DNA from: Azolla caroliniana
Lineage: Eukaryota > Plantae > Polypodiophyta
Reading direction: 5' to 3'
Assembly (NCBI GenBank): GCA_043228905.1
Contig: JBHGNT010000008.1
Coordinates: 2,728,001-2,792,000, forward strand
DNA: 64,000 nucleotides
Shown piece after piece: positions 1 through 15,300 of this stretch. Position numbers and translations under genes: made by a program. The notes under the pieces were generated by a model that had not been told where the DNA came from, did no database searches, and worked only from the letters and a program-made list of their open reading frames with translations. How positions within the stretch are numbered: the first letter of the stretch is position 1; each line of letters starts with the position of its first letter.

Positions 1-90
1 CTACATGCCATATGATATGGCTTATCAGCATCCTTCGTATATATCTCTATAAGGGTAATCTAGGTAATCTGTCTCCTATATATAGTTACT

Positions 91-3000
91 TCATGGCTTA
101 ATAGCAAAGAGGGGCTGCACAAACAGAAAAAACATATGAGAAAATAACTTGGAAAAAGCGAAATGTATAAACAAATTTCCCATCTAGCATCATATAGTTA
201 AATCTTTTCCCGTTTATCATCAGATTGCCATCTATCTATCTATCTATCTAAAATTACCATCAAATGATATATATATATATACCGTGTCAATAGATACAGG
301 TTTGCCATCTCCTGCTAAGATTTCGACAATTGTTCCTGTTTGATCAGACTGTAAAATGGGTAAAAATAACTTTAGTCAAACTACAATTTAGCAAATGAAA
401 GAAGAAAGGACAAGCAAATCCATAAAAGCACCTCAATTTCGTTCATTAGCTTCATGGCTTCCACTATACAGATTACTTGTCCTTTGGTAACCCTGTCACC
501 AACCTGTATTAAGTTTTAATAATAAATTGGTAAATTAGAAAACAAATTAAACACACGCAAAACCTAGAAAACTACTATATGTGAAGCTCTAACAAGTCAA
601 AAGAGTTCCGAATAATAGAGGAAAAACAAACAAGCTAGGAATCTAAGACACAAGCATATCCTACAAAAACTCCACATTCTAAGACAACAATCTACTAACC
701 TTTCTTTAGAACACAAAAGCAAAGAGTTTACTAGAAATAAGAGACATGAACAAAGAAAGAACTTTTAAAAAAACATGCAAATTTCTAAGATGATGCCGCA
801 TTCAATTAAATGTACAAATAAGACTGAGTCTAATTGTCATAGAAACAGGTGTGATCTCCCGACCACTTTACTCATTTAGGGTTTAGGGTTTACTGAACTT
901 GGACAACCATTAGAAATTTATAAATTCAAAATTACTATCAAATCATTTAAGAACAAATGCACATTCTATATGTGTGCACATACAAAGAGATCTGCCAAAT
1001 TCTACTAACCTTGACAAATGCAGGTTCACCAGGGCCAGGGCTCTTATAGAATGTACCAGCCATAGGTGACAAGATTCGGGGTAAGTTTGATGCAGTTGTA
1101 GAGACGCTCTCAGTTGTCTCGGTGGGTGTCACCTCTGTCACCACAGGAGAATCAACAGGTGCTGGATTAGGTGACGGTGATGGAGCCACACCATATGATG
1201 GATACATCATTGGTGCATGGATCATTTGAGGTTGCGCTGTATTTGCTTGTACCGGAGAAGTTTGTTCTAATGCCTCTTTCTTCCTTATAATAAGCTCATA
1301 ATGTTGATGCTTCAACTCCAGCTCTACGATGTCTCTGGAATCTACAAGCCTTCAAAGCACAAAGTATGTGAAATCAAGAAACATACATTTGAGTTTTCAA
1401 CTGATCACATATCAACAAAAGCAACAAAAATTACTTATCCATGCCAAAATATGTGCATAGCTTCAACTTATGAGTTAAAAAAATTGGAACGTGAAATGTT
1501 TAGCCAGTCAATGATGTCAACAAGGTAACAAATTGGAATTTCAAATATTGAAGAATCCGATACATGAACTAGAACAGCAAATACAGATTAATCACTGTCC
1601 AAGATTTCCTGCATGTATACAGCTTCCAGATGCAAAGAGTTGAACCTAACATTAGTTCTAGCCACTGAGTTTTGAATCCCAACAAAAGCAAAAAATACTG
1701 ACTAGCCCATGAGAAGCATATGCAGAGCTTCAATTTGCACATCTTTGACCCTAAAGTAAGACCCATAGTATACATGTTGTTATATTGTTATATATGCAAA
1801 GGAGACTACATACTTAACCAAATTTGCCACATCAGCCATAACAGAAGAGATAGTTTCTTCATTTTGTGTCGTAAGACTCTTCTCGGAAGTGATATCCTCC
1901 TCGGATTTTAAATCAAGCTGTTGTGTGGTTACTGCTGCATTTGCAGTACCATCAACAACAATCTGTGAAAGAGACAATTCACATCAATCATCTTACTTGG
2001 AAGAATATCAGAATGGCTTATTAACTAGAAACGTCTAAAACCTAAAAGAATAACAAACTAGAGTATGAAAAATAGCTTATCAATCAGCAATTATGCATCC
2101 AAAGTACAAGAACAGAAAATGTAAAAAATAAATAGCATATTAATCAATAACACAAAGATAAGGTATAACAATCAGTAATAAATACAAAACTAACTAGGAG
2201 TATCAGATTGGCTTTCAGACCTCATTAACTGGAGAAACCCTTGATACTAGTCGACAAATAGCATATCAATCAATACTACAAGGATAAGTTGTAACAAACA
2301 GTAACACAAAAAACTAACAAGAAGTATCAAATTATCTTTCACACTTCATTTATTGGAGAAACCCTTGATACAAGTCAACAAATAGCATATCAATCAACAA
2401 CACAAGGATAAGTTATAACAATCAGTAACATAAAACTAGCAAGAATCAAATTTGCATTCACACCTCACTAACTGGAGAAACCCTTGATACAAGTCGCCGC
2501 ACACCAGCTTTGTACTGCATATACAGGGAAAACTCGTCAACAAGAATGCAGAATTCTATTCCTCAAGATTTTGAGTGGGTGATGATGGAATTTTCGATTT
2601 TTGTAGCATTGATTATTAACTTCTCTATACTTAATGTGTTTTGGTATGCAATGAGGCAAAAAATTATAGCATGCAACGTGTATTGCTTGTTGATTGTTAT
2701 GTCTTTTGATGTTTTGCATTCTGAGGTTTCTTCTTTGCAAAATTTCTTGCACTTAAAATGATACATAAAATACATATATAATGTGATAGACATGCAAAAC
2801 AGCAGGAGACACACGGAAATTTTGAAACTTCAATTCTCAGAAAACTCAATGTTCAGTCAATTCTCAATATTATATTTCTCTGTTACTTTCTGCATTCCGC
2901 TGATTATATGGCATCAAACGCGTGGAATTATCCAAGATTTACGACATGATAGACTATCATCGCATGCAAAAAGGTAACAGTAAAAATAGAATAAAATAAT

Positions 3001-3399
3001 TGATGTTTTTGTCGTTCTATGCTAGGCTAGCATTGCATGCAGAAACAGAAAAAAAAATAGTTTTCTGGTTTAATGGGGGTCAGGCTTCGTTTGTTTATTT
3101 GCGCAGTCAGGAAAACCTTGTTTTCTTGCATGCGATAGATTGTTATGGATATGCAGAATGATTGGATTGAAGCCACGAGTAAAAATTAAACAGCAGAGCA
3201 ACATAAGAAAAAGGTCCAGAGAAAGGATGAGGATGAGGAATGATCAGCCTTAATTGAAGTGAAGTACCTGGGTAGAGAATCGACGGAGGTGAAAGAAGCG
3301 AAGGCGGGGAGGCAGAAGAATACGACAAGGAGGAGCTGGAGGAGAGATGACAGCTGCTGAAATCCGCAGGGGATCAGAGGCAGAGAAGCAGCGAGCCAT
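91..3399 (-). CDS. BCCP: Plastid biotin carboxyl carrier protein of heteromeric acetyl-CoA carboxylase (~277 aa, 7 exons)
   Basis: GT-AG exons in consistent phase: 3268-3399, 2464-2514, 1814-1962, 1010-1349, 432-503, 283-348, 91-114 (834 nt). The translation has an Arg/Ser/Pro-rich transit peptide (MARCFSASDPLRIS...), LVDSRDIVELELK, SPMAGTFYKSPGPGEPAFVKVGD, the biotinylation motif EAMKLMNEIE and the C-terminus PLFAIKP*. Confidence 0.95.
2130..2496. repeat. ~120-bp tandem repeat (~3 copies) in BCCP intron 2, including copies of the 3' end of exon 2
   Basis: The motif ggagaaacccttgatac recurs at ~2231, ~2355 and ~2474 (the last is within exon 2). The flank aatagcatatcaatcaa...caaggataag also recurs. 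Confidence 0.8.
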
Positions 3400-3464
3400 G
3401 GAAATGAAGAAGAAGAAGAAGATGAAGATGAAGATGAAGACGAAGACGAAGATGATGAGAAGGG

Positions 3465-3565
3465 GAATCGATCAAATGAAGGAATGCGTCGGCTATGGCT
3501 GTGAAGATCGATCGATCGATCGATCAGTCGGATATGGCTGTGAAGATCGATCGATCGATCGATCC
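3465..3565. repeat. (GATC)n microsatellite within a short duplicated unit in the BCCP 5' region, next to a (GAAGAT)n run
   Basis: The unit tatggctgtgaagatcgatcgatcgatc occurs twice. Confidence 0.8.
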
Positions 3566-6363
3566 AAATTCTTCTGCTTTCTTCTTTCAGACACACAGAC
3601 ACACAGAGACAGACAGAAATATATACATAAAAAGAGAGACAAGGGAGGAAGAAGGAAGAGTTGTCCGGACAAAAACATCCACCGTGTGAACACACATACA
3701 CACACACACAACATGCAAATGCAATGTCCATGTCCTTGTCATATCTTGGCCAATGGCCATGGCCATAGGCATGGCATGTCCCAGCCATAGACATGGCATA
3801 TCCCTCTCTTGTCTTGGCCATGTATTGTCATGTCTTGGTCGTGGCCATCCGCGTGGCATGTGTCTTATACAATGGGCATGGCATGCCCCTACCTCGTCCT
3901 GTCTTGGCCATGGCCATAGCCATAGCATGTTCATACCCTGTCCAGTCTCAGCCAATGCCATAACCATAGCCATAGCCATAGCCATAGCCTTGTCCTATCT
4001 TGTCCTGTCCTGACCATATGGTTTCCTCCTACCCCTTGTACTTAGACTAGCGCGAATCCACGTTCGGTTCGATCCTTGCACATGGGCTTGTTGTCGTCCC
4101 TCGTCATCTTGCCAAATGCTCTCTACTCCCAATTATATACATACATTATATATATATATATATTATTGTCCTAAGAGCTTGCTCAAGTGTCCCTGTCCCT
4201 ATCCAACTTCGTCTAGCTAACGATGCTCTTGTTCCAATGAAGTATCTCCCCCACCTATCATCATTGTGAGGGTTTACCCTATTCTTTGTCTCCTTCAACA
4301 AACTATCATGTAATGCTAGTTGGCTCGTCTAATCCCTTCAACTTGCTATAACAAGTATCATAATTACGATTAGACCTTGGATTTCATTATTGTCATGGGT
4401 GCCAGGTGGGATTCAATCTCATTCTCCCTTCTTGATAGCCTTTCCAACCACGTATGCAATATCCTTCACATTGACCCATGTCAATATCGTGCACAATCAT
4501 TCATAGGTAAGCTCTCAACAAGGAGCAATCTCCTTACCCACACAATGACCTTCATGCATGTTGGAACTTGGGACCTAATAGGAATATGTTTCCACATTTG
4601 AGTCCACAAACTTAGTTCTACAAATCTCACATATCCATTTAAGATGATTATTAAACTTCAAATTCAATCCTTGTTTGGTAATAATTATTCCAATATTAGG
4701 GAACTTGAATATGCAATTAAAATCAACAAAAAGAATGTTATTATACCAAGTGTACTTACTAAGGAGAATACAATATCTTGCGAAAAATTGAAAAGTTCCG
4801 TGATGCAAAAGGTTGTGTAGCCGTGAACACTACAATTCTATTTTAGTGAGTTGTTTTGATGAAGAATGAAGGAAATATATTTCCATATCTCAAACATAGA
4901 ACATGATCATCAACAAGTTGTACTATGTGGAGTAATAAACTTGATGTTGCTTGAATGCACAATTGCCATTTGCTTACGGAACAGTTAATATGTGCACTTC
5001 TACCTATGAAGCAACTATTTACCGTGTGAACTCACCACATTTGAATAAAACCCTTATTAATATTGCATATTGTCTACATCTCTACGAATTTCATGAGTAA
5101 TTTGGCGAATGCCTTCTGAATGAGTCTCCTTGTATAATGAAAATGCCAAACCATAGATTATTTAGTGCCGAACATTATTGCGTTGCAAATCCCTTCCAAT
5201 TTTCAATAATCTCCTAACAAGTGCAAAGAATTGCAAAAAGGAAATTTTGCCAAGAGCCTACTCAAACCAAAACATTTAATTTGCCAAAGGTTCTTGTAAG
5301 TACCAAATAAGCTGATTTTAGATACTTCGGGAGTCGACGATTCTAATTTGTAAGTTTGTAACCTCATAGAAACTTCTCAAGGTTTTATACTATCCATTTT
5401 TAATACAAAATATAATCATAGTTATTCTAAATATTACTTTACCACTAACAATCTTAATGTGGCCTAAATTTGAAAACTATTTTGGGACAAATAGTAACCA
5501 TTTAAACTAAACTACGATGGTAGAACATCCATTGTCATCCATTCTACTACCATCAGAACGTTATAATTTTGCCAGCATTATACTGATAATAGTTTGCCAC
5601 TCTTAAACTAATATGCTATTTTCAGAACGTTCTTATATGTTTCTCCTATGTTATCCTTGTAACATCCTATGTGTGTGCATTTACATTCAAGGATGTAATA
5701 TGATGAATATTCCCTTTCATTGATTGAGACATTGATGTTTTGAGTCTATAAAACCTATCATGAAATACTTGTGCATCACACAAAAGTTGTGCAACAACTT
5801 TTATGGTCAATGAATGCAATTTATGCAAATCAATTGATTCCTAACACATGGCAAGGATCCACATTCAAAAGTTTGCTAGACCTCCTTCATGCAATCAATA
5901 ATACAATAGTTATTTTGATTTTCTAGATACAAAACACATTAATCGGGACTCTCAAATTTTGGTTTTGAGTTGTACTGATTCATTCTTATCAAGAAAACAT
6001 TGATCTGGTCAATAAAATGGGGTCTTCCTATGGTTTACAGTTCAGAAACTTACATTGCTAAATAATTCTCTCCACGATTCTATCCCAACATTGAACATAC
6101 AAGGATTATTCTCATAGAAAGTCATAGTATTCAATATATCTTGAAAAAGCAAGCATAGGTATGTTCAGATCTCCTCACACAATTTTCAATGTTACCTTTG
6201 TGTTCACCAAAACTCCAGCAATGTTACATTTATAGACAGAAAATGTACATTGTCATATTATATTACAAATGCATAAGACAAATGCTACCATAACAACAAT
6301 AATCAATAATAAGTTCATCAGTTAATGAAAGGTATCGCACAAGTCGTAGCAAAAGCTGTATTC

Positions 6364-9300
6364 TTACACATCATTGCTAATTTGAGGCTCATTCATGTGT
6401 AATCTCTTCACATACGCAAGATTCAATCTTGCTGCATCTATTAGACTTTGGTTACCCAAAGTGCATGAGAGTTTAAAAAACATCTCAAAGTAGCCGAGTG
6501 CTTTTTCATAAAGAGATTGATTTTTGTACATCATTCCCAACTTGCAACAAGCAATAGCCTGTGAGATCAATCGAAATTCTCTCTCTATGAATTTCATGCT
6601 TGCAAACCATCTCAAAAATCATTCCACCACACACATTAAGTTAATGATAATGGAGCTTTAGGAAACCTTGTGCTTTCATCTTTGTTGTAGTATGGATGAC
6701 ATGAGTTCACCCATACATTTTTGGAAAGAAAAAAAAGAATTCACCCATACATGTGATCACAATTCATTTCATAGGCCAATTTTGGCCTCTGGTAGAAGTG
6801 AACATATCTTTCTTCTTTCCCTCATTTCATATTAGGGCTGTACTCGCCCATGCACCTGGGTTGACATTTCAGTATATGCATGACTCTATCAGATGCCATT
6901 GCAGAATGTTGGGGGAAGTAGAATGCATGACCTTCAGGAGACAAGAGCCCACTTTCAGCAATACATAACTTAGGAAGTTTCAAGCATCATCAGTCTAAAA
7001 AAAGATTTCTGAGAGCTATGGAGAAGTTTCTGAGAGACCATTTCTTTGTCTATGGCTATTACATTGCGCCGGATACATGAGGTCAGATAGTCTCTATCCT
7101 ATACCAGTTCAAATACACATAGAACTCCCATCTGAGACATGCCTTTCTATTTGTTTCTGAACTGCCGAGATTATGAGACACACCACTGTTATGGAACATG
7201 CCTTCACATACATATGCAAGGGTAGCCCATGAGTCCTTGCGATAATTTGCAGATCAGGGCAACAAGTTCATGTAACGGTTACTCTCAGAACAATTCCAGG
7301 TTTTATTTGTAAGCTACCTGCTTATGGATATACCCGACATATATGTACACCCACCAGTCATACGACCTCCATTGTGCTATTTATTAGTCAGCTAAATGCT
7401 TCCTCATCCTAGCCTCAGATAGAGATAGGTTAATATAGAGATGTTCCTATAGAGAAGAAGATACTCCGGCTTTGTCATAGGGAATCTGAGACCTATGAGC
7501 GCTACATTCCTAAGTGTACAAATTATTGCTCCATGGCAGCTACCATTGTCTATTTAGAGAAGGTTTGGTTCCCAATCTGGAATCATGAAGTCACTGTATC
7601 AGTGATGCCTAGGGTTCTTTCTATTACAGATGCACAGGCATAGAGGCTTGAAGCACCACCACAATTGTGAATTTACTAAAATCAGGAGACCCTGCCTTGA
7701 CCACTAACTATCACACCATCCCAATTGCTCACTCATTAGCCAAGTTGTATGCATCCATACTTGAGCATGAGTTGAACAGATGGGCATAGATGGGGGCTGA
7801 ACTAGCAGGATTCTGACAGAGATTCTCTACTTTAGATTATATATTACAAGGGACTCCCAGAACTAAGTCGAAGAAGGCATCAGCATTGTCAATTTCAAAA
7901 ACAAGGACATTTTATACGTTGGAACACAGACCTCATTGTGCATTTTAAAACCAATAAATAATTAGGTCCATAAATTGACACTACAACTACCGTATTATCA
8001 CAAGATCAATGTAAAGTAAGCACATTAAATCATTTAAACTATGAATTCCGGAATTCAAAAGCTGTCCTACCTCTGTCTCCTTGTTGACATATTTTGAAAC
8101 ATCTAAGAGTGACTCCAGATGTTGGATTGCTAATTCTATGTTGCCCATATGCTCATGTGTTTTAGCAAGGGCTCCATAAGCTTTACTTTGTCCCACCTGT
8201 AGGCTCCATAAATAAGAGAGATACTAAAATAGGTCATGAGAAATAACCTTAATATTTAACTGGCAAAAATCAACATACAAATACAAATATTTTGCTCCCA
8301 AGCATAGACAATGTATGCAACATAAACTGGCAAATAGAGTTTCCAGTGGGAGGATATTCAGATATTTAGTGGACATGTAGGATAATCCTTGTGGTAATAC
8401 AAATATCTATCCTTTTCATACAGTGATTCATCACAATGACAACAACACTATGAACATAGAAAATGATAGCTAGCAACATGAAAAATCAATATGATCCTTC
8501 CACTTCCAAGAGAATGGTGGTTCTTGTGGGTAAATGCAATTAACAGAATCACAATATTTGCAATCAGCATTTATTATATACAGATGAATTGCATGATAAA
8601 TATTTCTTAGAATTTCTCATAACATCATATACAAAATCATCATTTCAATGAGCTTTAGCAATTTTCGTTTCAATCTATAGGAAACGCATCCACCAGTGCA
8701 GTTAATAAAAGACTCACCTCATCCTTCTCAAGTATGCAGAACTGTAGATAGTCTGTGTGAAATGGCAATGCAAGGTCAAATCTTGATAGTTTTTGTTGTA
8801 AAAGACCTATCTCATGCTTCGCCTCAGCTTTTGCTCTGATGTTATTGCATATCTCTGCCATTTGGATGCTCTGAAATGAGAAGTTTCAGGATCTTTAACA
8901 CGCACTTCTATAAACAGTGCTTGCACATAACTGGCATTGAATTCCAAACTTCTATATATCATAACAATCACCCGTCTAATACATAATCTCACAACTTTGA
9001 TATAGAATGCTAGAAATTCTAAAAACATAAAAGGTCTTACAACTTTACTTTCAAATACTAGTTGAGTTCTTATGTTTCAGCATCACAGATTTAGCCCCCC
9101 CAAGCTGTTGCTTGTATCATCACAATTTTCAGCCTTGTGTTTTTGCCTATTTTGTCCATCAAATTGTAATGTACATTATGGTGCTAATGAAGATCATCAA
9201 GAAACAAGATAGATGCTGATATATGCAGACCTCTTGCATACAATACACAGCTGTTCTTGTGCCTTTATGTCACCTTCCAATAATTAAATCATCTGAAATG

Positions 9301-12300
9301 AAAATGTAGTGGGATTAATGACCCTGAGGGTAAATTCAGAGTCACACATTCCATACCCCATATATCTTCCCATAAGAGGAAATCAAGATTGAACTTGCCA
9401 AACCATGAAAGATGAGAACAAATAAGGCTCACTTGATTAGAAATTTTTCCTCTTAAACATATTCATGCACTATTACTAATATACGCCTATAGCAAGACTC
9501 TTCTTTCTTTAAGTGTTTGAGTGGTTGCAAATCGGTATGCAATTGAACTTGTATGAGCATCTGCAAGATATTGGCATTGTAACCTGGATTGATTTTCCTA
9601 TCCAAGAGAAGGGCACTCAACAGTGATAAAATATAACTAGATGAAGATTTCATGCCAAATCCAGTAGCACACAAAAAGTGAGAAATGCAATTGATAGGTT
9701 ACAATTTGGAAAGGCCCAAGATCATGATGGATTGGTAGGTGGGGAGAATATACCATTACATTGTTCTTCAAGAGCAGAGATCCCATAATACCTTGCAATT
9801 ATAGGACTACACTGATTAACATCTTTAACAGAGCTACACAAGAAAGCTTCCCTAGTAACTGGACAGAACATACTGTGAAGTCAGTTTTGTTCTAAAGAAA
9901 AGATTGTTGCAAATAGGTTGGATGATAAGATGTCCAAGAATAAAGCGTGATATGAAAGGTACAAGTATTATAACAATCAAAGAAGGAAGGAACTTGAAAA
10001 GTAGAAAAAAGCAAGCTGTGGATACGAAGATTTAGATAGATAAAAAAGCTCATAACTTCTTCATCCGATATCCAAATTTCGAAAGAAAAGATGCATAAAA
10101 AAGCTGACAATGAGAGGTTTCCATAAATATCTTGTATAACAAATTTGGGATTACGCCTCCCATAGACTCGAGTATACATATTTGGTTTTTGGTTTTTTAA
10201 AAACCAAAAACCTATAAATAGGAGGGTATTCTTAGAAATAGGGAGAAGGAAAAAAGAAGGATAGAAGGTCTACAAGAAGTGAGAAGGGGCTTGGAAGGAA
10301 GAGGGAAGGAAGAAGGAAAGTCTATTGTTGTTTAGGGTCATAGAAAGAAAAGGAGTTCTATAGACTTATGTTTGGATTTGGAGTCTAAGAAGTTTGTATT
10401 GTTCCCCTAATAGTATAATATAACATTCTGTTATCTTCCTCGTCTCTTCTCTATCTTTTCTCTAGCTCTCTTCATCACATACCATTGCACCGGTCTTCAC
10501 GAGCAGAGATCCCATGGTACCTAACACTTATATGACAATAATGATTGACCATTACTTGGCTATATGGGCAGCGAGAAACTACTGCCATTCAGCCAGACAA
10601 GCAGATTCCTGAAATGGGTTGACTATTTTGGATCATTTATTGACCCTTCAAGCCCTTATTGACAAGAAAAAGCCTAAAAACGGTCAATCTATTGTTGCTT
10701 TGTGGATTTCGGGAAAGCCCTCAACACTACCACATGCTCGGCTCACACAGCAACTAGAAGCCCTTGGAGTCCCAATATGCGGTGAGGCATCTATGCACTA
10801 TTTGAATGAGTCAAGAAAGGTTTGCACCCACCCCTATTGGATCATCAAAGGCTGTGGCTAGGATTGGTATAAAACAAGGATGCACACTATCATGTACTCT
10901 CCTTGGTCTTTATATAGGCGATATATCTAATTACATAGAAAGGTTGGGTGGTTCAAGAGAATTCTTAACAGGAGTAGTATACCAATATTATTATATGCCA
11001 AGGACATTGTGTTTATCTCCAAGTATTCATAGGAACAACAAAGACATCTAAATTCTTTAAAGATACTTTGTAAAGTTAAAGAATTGTTGATCAACCTTGA
11101 TAAAACTGAAGTAATGGTGTTTAAAACACAAGCATGGGTAACAATATCTGCACCGAAATTCTTCTTGGAAGAGAAAAAGATGGCATACAGATAATCCTAC
11201 ACATACCAGGCCTCAGTTCTCCCTACATGAGGCTGCATGTATTTGACTTTCTTGTGGAAATGCAGCCCTTGGTGCCTTGAAAGACAATGTGCACACATAC
11301 AATTCGAAGAACCTTGAAATTCTGGTTGTTTGATACATCAGCTCTTCTACACGAAGTAGAAATTTGGAGACTGAGCCTTTATAGGACACATAACTGGACA
11401 GATTAGACAGTCAATCGGTCTTGATAATTGCACACATGATAGGAGAAAAGCATCGGTGCCCTGTGATATAATCCGGGCGGAGATGGGAGCAGCCCGAATA
11501 GTGTCCAAGGTATTATTCTGACCAGTGATTGGTTATCCAACAGATTTGGAAGTTCCCTAAGTAAACGTACTCAAGGATGGCATTTATGTCATCAAAAAAG
11601 CTTACTGGACATGGTATGCTAAAATACAAGAATGGGTCTGGCTACATGGAGTAAGTACGGATACACTACCCCATTCCAATATAGCTTGGATTGGGGACGT
11701 TTGAAAGTTCAAGTTGCATGGCATAAGTACAAACACACTACCCACTCCAATATAGCTTGGATTGTCCACACTTGAACATGAATAATGTGGAACAGAACAT
11801 GATTTGTCAAGCACACAACAGCCAATCAACAGACAAACATCATAAATTTATTTGGCTTCAAGTCAATGGAGAACTACATGACTGGGATCTCAATCAGGAC
11901 ACTTGAAAGGGGTTACAATATATTGAGCAATAGCAGTGTCCCATGCACATAGGCCATGGTTTTCTGGACTAACAGCCTCGTCACCCTTGATGTCAACAAA
12001 TTAAGGCCATTGTCACCCAGCACTGACGGTGCTTCCCTCACATTGGAGAACTCTCCATCTTGGAGTGACCCATGTTGGAGATTTTTCGAAGTTCAGAATC
12101 TTAAGAGCCTAGATAACTAGACTCATAACAGTTATGTGTCCTATATTAATATCTGTTAAGAGACCAAAATGGCCTATAAGACCAAACAAAGGATTACAAC
12201 TGAAAATGTCGTCTCATCTTTGAGAACAGCAAACCAAAATAAGTATAACTGAGTGTAGGGTACTTATTTTGGTTTGCTGTTCTCAAAGATGAGACGACAT

Positions 12301-15300
12301 TTTAAGTTGTAATCCTTTGTTTGGTCTTATAGGTCATTTTGGTCTCTTAACAGATATTAATATTTCTTTCTTTCTTTCTTTACATCACTTGCAAATCATG
12401 TGCAGTTCCTCATGGTGCACTTACTGTATGAAATTGGGGAAGAATCCATCGTATCAATGGATTCAACATCCTTGCATATTCATCAATTACCACCTTTATA
12501 ATTGTATTGCATCGATTCTCTACTACATTTTTCATATCACTTGATTAGTTTCTTTTGTGGACATTTTACCCCAATTCTCTATATATAGAAGAGGATTTCA
12601 ATGCCTTTTCATGAATTCTCAATACCTTTTGACTAATAAGTTAGTTAATTCTATTCCATGCTCACTGAGGATTTGCATGAACAAGTATTATACATTACAA
12701 TCATACACTATTCTGACATAAAGAAAGGGGTATTAAGATTGAAATCAGTTCCCTTGTGTATATTGCATTTCTCTGGAAATAATCATGAACATATTCAATA
12801 GCATTACAATGTGAAAACATTTTATCCACCTTAGCAAGCACGCAAAGAAGAAGAAAAAATCAATGATTGAAAAGCTTCCTTAACTCAAAATAAGTCCCTA
12901 TGTTTTAGAATACAAGAGAACATGTGGTGTAATCAGATAGTTCTCTGGATGCTACAACAGAATGGGAATTAAGATGGCACTTATAAAAACAATACAAATG
13001 CATTATTACCTTATGCACTAACTCTATACTTTTTTCTAGATCACCACTGCATCTTGCTTTTTTTGCAGACATTTGATACACCTATATATGAAACATTTGC
13101 ATAAGATCCTTACATAGGAAAAACTTCATTTTAAGTAAGGAAAGATACACAGTCTAAGGTTGTGGGATGCAATTGTCCAGCTATATGCAGTTGAAAAACC
13201 AATATAAGGCTTGTAAGGTAAGATTATACTCGAGAAATTGCTATAGATTACTAAGTGTTAATGCTTCCAAGGCCCACTCATATTAAGTTTCTTACATAAT
13301 GTTGTTTTCTCAGCCAGACTTTTCAAGACGGAAACATGGCTATGCATAATTATGAGGATATCAAGTCCTATACATGTACCAAAAAGTTTAAGCGTCAATT
13401 TCCTACAGAAATAAATGAAACTCGAAATGCACGTCATGCAATGTCCCCTGCATGTTTTCCCACCAAAAACGAGATTGTTTTTTCAATTGTTACATTTATA
13501 ACAGCAAGAAATGTCAATAGCATGAAAGATTGGATCAAACCTCAAGAAGATGTTTGGATCCTAGCATAAGGATATTATTGTCCTTTCTTTCTCTTGCAAA
13601 ATCAAGGCATTCCTCAAACAGTGACATTGCAATCGGATACTGCCCCAGCTTGACATACACTTTTCCAAGGCTGAATTTACCCTGAAAAATACATGACATC
13701 TAGTTTTTAAAATTAAGAGACTTCAAAACCTCAATGCTCAGGTGGTAACTCTCAGAAAAAGTATAATATCCCATAATTAGAGTTTATATGTTTAAGGATA
13801 ACCATTCTCCCATAACTAAGTATAGTTTATATGTTAATAAAGCCAAGTAATGAAGTTAAAATTAGTCAGAAAAACGAAAATATGCATTTGCTTTATGGTG
13901 GGAAAGAAAACTGTGAATTTCAGTCTTGACCTTGGCTTCATGAGCAAAGTTTCCAGCTTGCTTGGCGGTACTCACACTTCTTGAAAAATAATATACTGCC
14001 TTATGATAATCCTGTGACTCTTCAAAAATATTTGCAATTACATAGTTGATCTCACAAAGCTTCCCAACATCACCTATTAGGATTATCAGTAAATGGTTTC
14101 TTATTAAAGTTTTCATAAATCGGTTTAAATAACAGAAGTAACTTTAGTCCTGTATTCACTCCATAATACAGGACTCAGAAGAAGCTCCATTAACTTTCTT
14201 TTCATCAGAGAGGCTTGCATTGGCCATCAGTGAAGCGTAATGAAAATAATATGACTAGCCCATAGAGTCCACACAATGTAATCACCTTATTTCTCAAAGT
14301 TTACGTGACTATGCATTAACATCACAGTCACAAGGGGCACATTCAAGGATGAGACCAAAATAGCTATTCACTGTTGTGATTAAAGAGAACTTAATCCTTA
14401 AATAATGGGGGACCATACAAAAGGATCATGACAACGGATCTACGTGAAAGTATTATCAATTTAGAATAAAAAGTTGAACCAAGCCCTAATCTCATTATGC
14501 TTCCAAATAGAGAGTGCACAAATGTTATAGCCTCTGTTTTGTGGAGATCATGAGCAGGCCATCTAGATAGCATATCCCAATAAGTGAATCTCATCTAAAA
14601 ATAACTCACTTTTCATCCCATCAACTACCAATTTGTGCTTCCTAACTTCTTGAAGCAGAATATTGTTAGGTATTTTGTCCCTCCTATTAGGAGAAGTCGT
14701 CGATATAAGAGATACAGCGTAGTAGTGAAGAGAAAGGTGTGAGTGTGAGTGACGGCACAGTTGTGGAACTTGCCAAAACCCTAGAAAGGGATTCTCTGAG
14801 ATCTGAGTTTGGTATATAGAAAGCTTGAGAGCTTTGTAACCTTTCTCCCTTCGTTTGTACTCTTGAATCATAGGGAAACTTTGCTCTCTGTCTATTGATT
14901 CTTGCTTATTTCTGGGTGTAAATCCCATCAAATATCAAGATATTGACAAAGATCCTCAGACAACAAAAGTAGAACTACAACATTGTAAAGAGATTTAAAT
15001 TGATTTCGTAACAGCAACATACCATCTACGAAAGCCAGATCCACCAGGACCATGGCCGTACCACTCCTGTCATTGATATATCAGGGCCATTATCACCAAC
15101 ACTGAAGGTTTCTTTTCTTGTTTAATAGGTCAAAAACCTCTCCATCATGGACTGATCCCTCTTTAGGTGGAAAATATTTTGGTCCATGGCGCTCACATTC
15201 ATATATTCACGACTAATGGGAAATATCTACATTTGATTGTCAAGAGCATAGAATGTCTATGTGCGTAAAGTGTTAGCCGAATGCTTGATGCTCGATAGGC

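Noticed and set aside
875-891. TTTAGGG telomeric repeats (also ~58960-58977)
   Set aside because: Only about 2 units. These are common telo-box-like motifs, not an interstitial telomere array.
3186-4013. Long ORFs overlapping the BCCP 5' region
   Set aside because: They arise from microsatellites (GAAGAT, GATC, GCCATA). The real first exon is 3268-3399 in another frame.
6750-7900. Possible LINE ORF1 remnant or extra exons in the last TTC29-like intron
   Set aside because: Only a weak PVQIHIELP-like resemblance with many stops, and the gene model is complete without it. Too weak to call.
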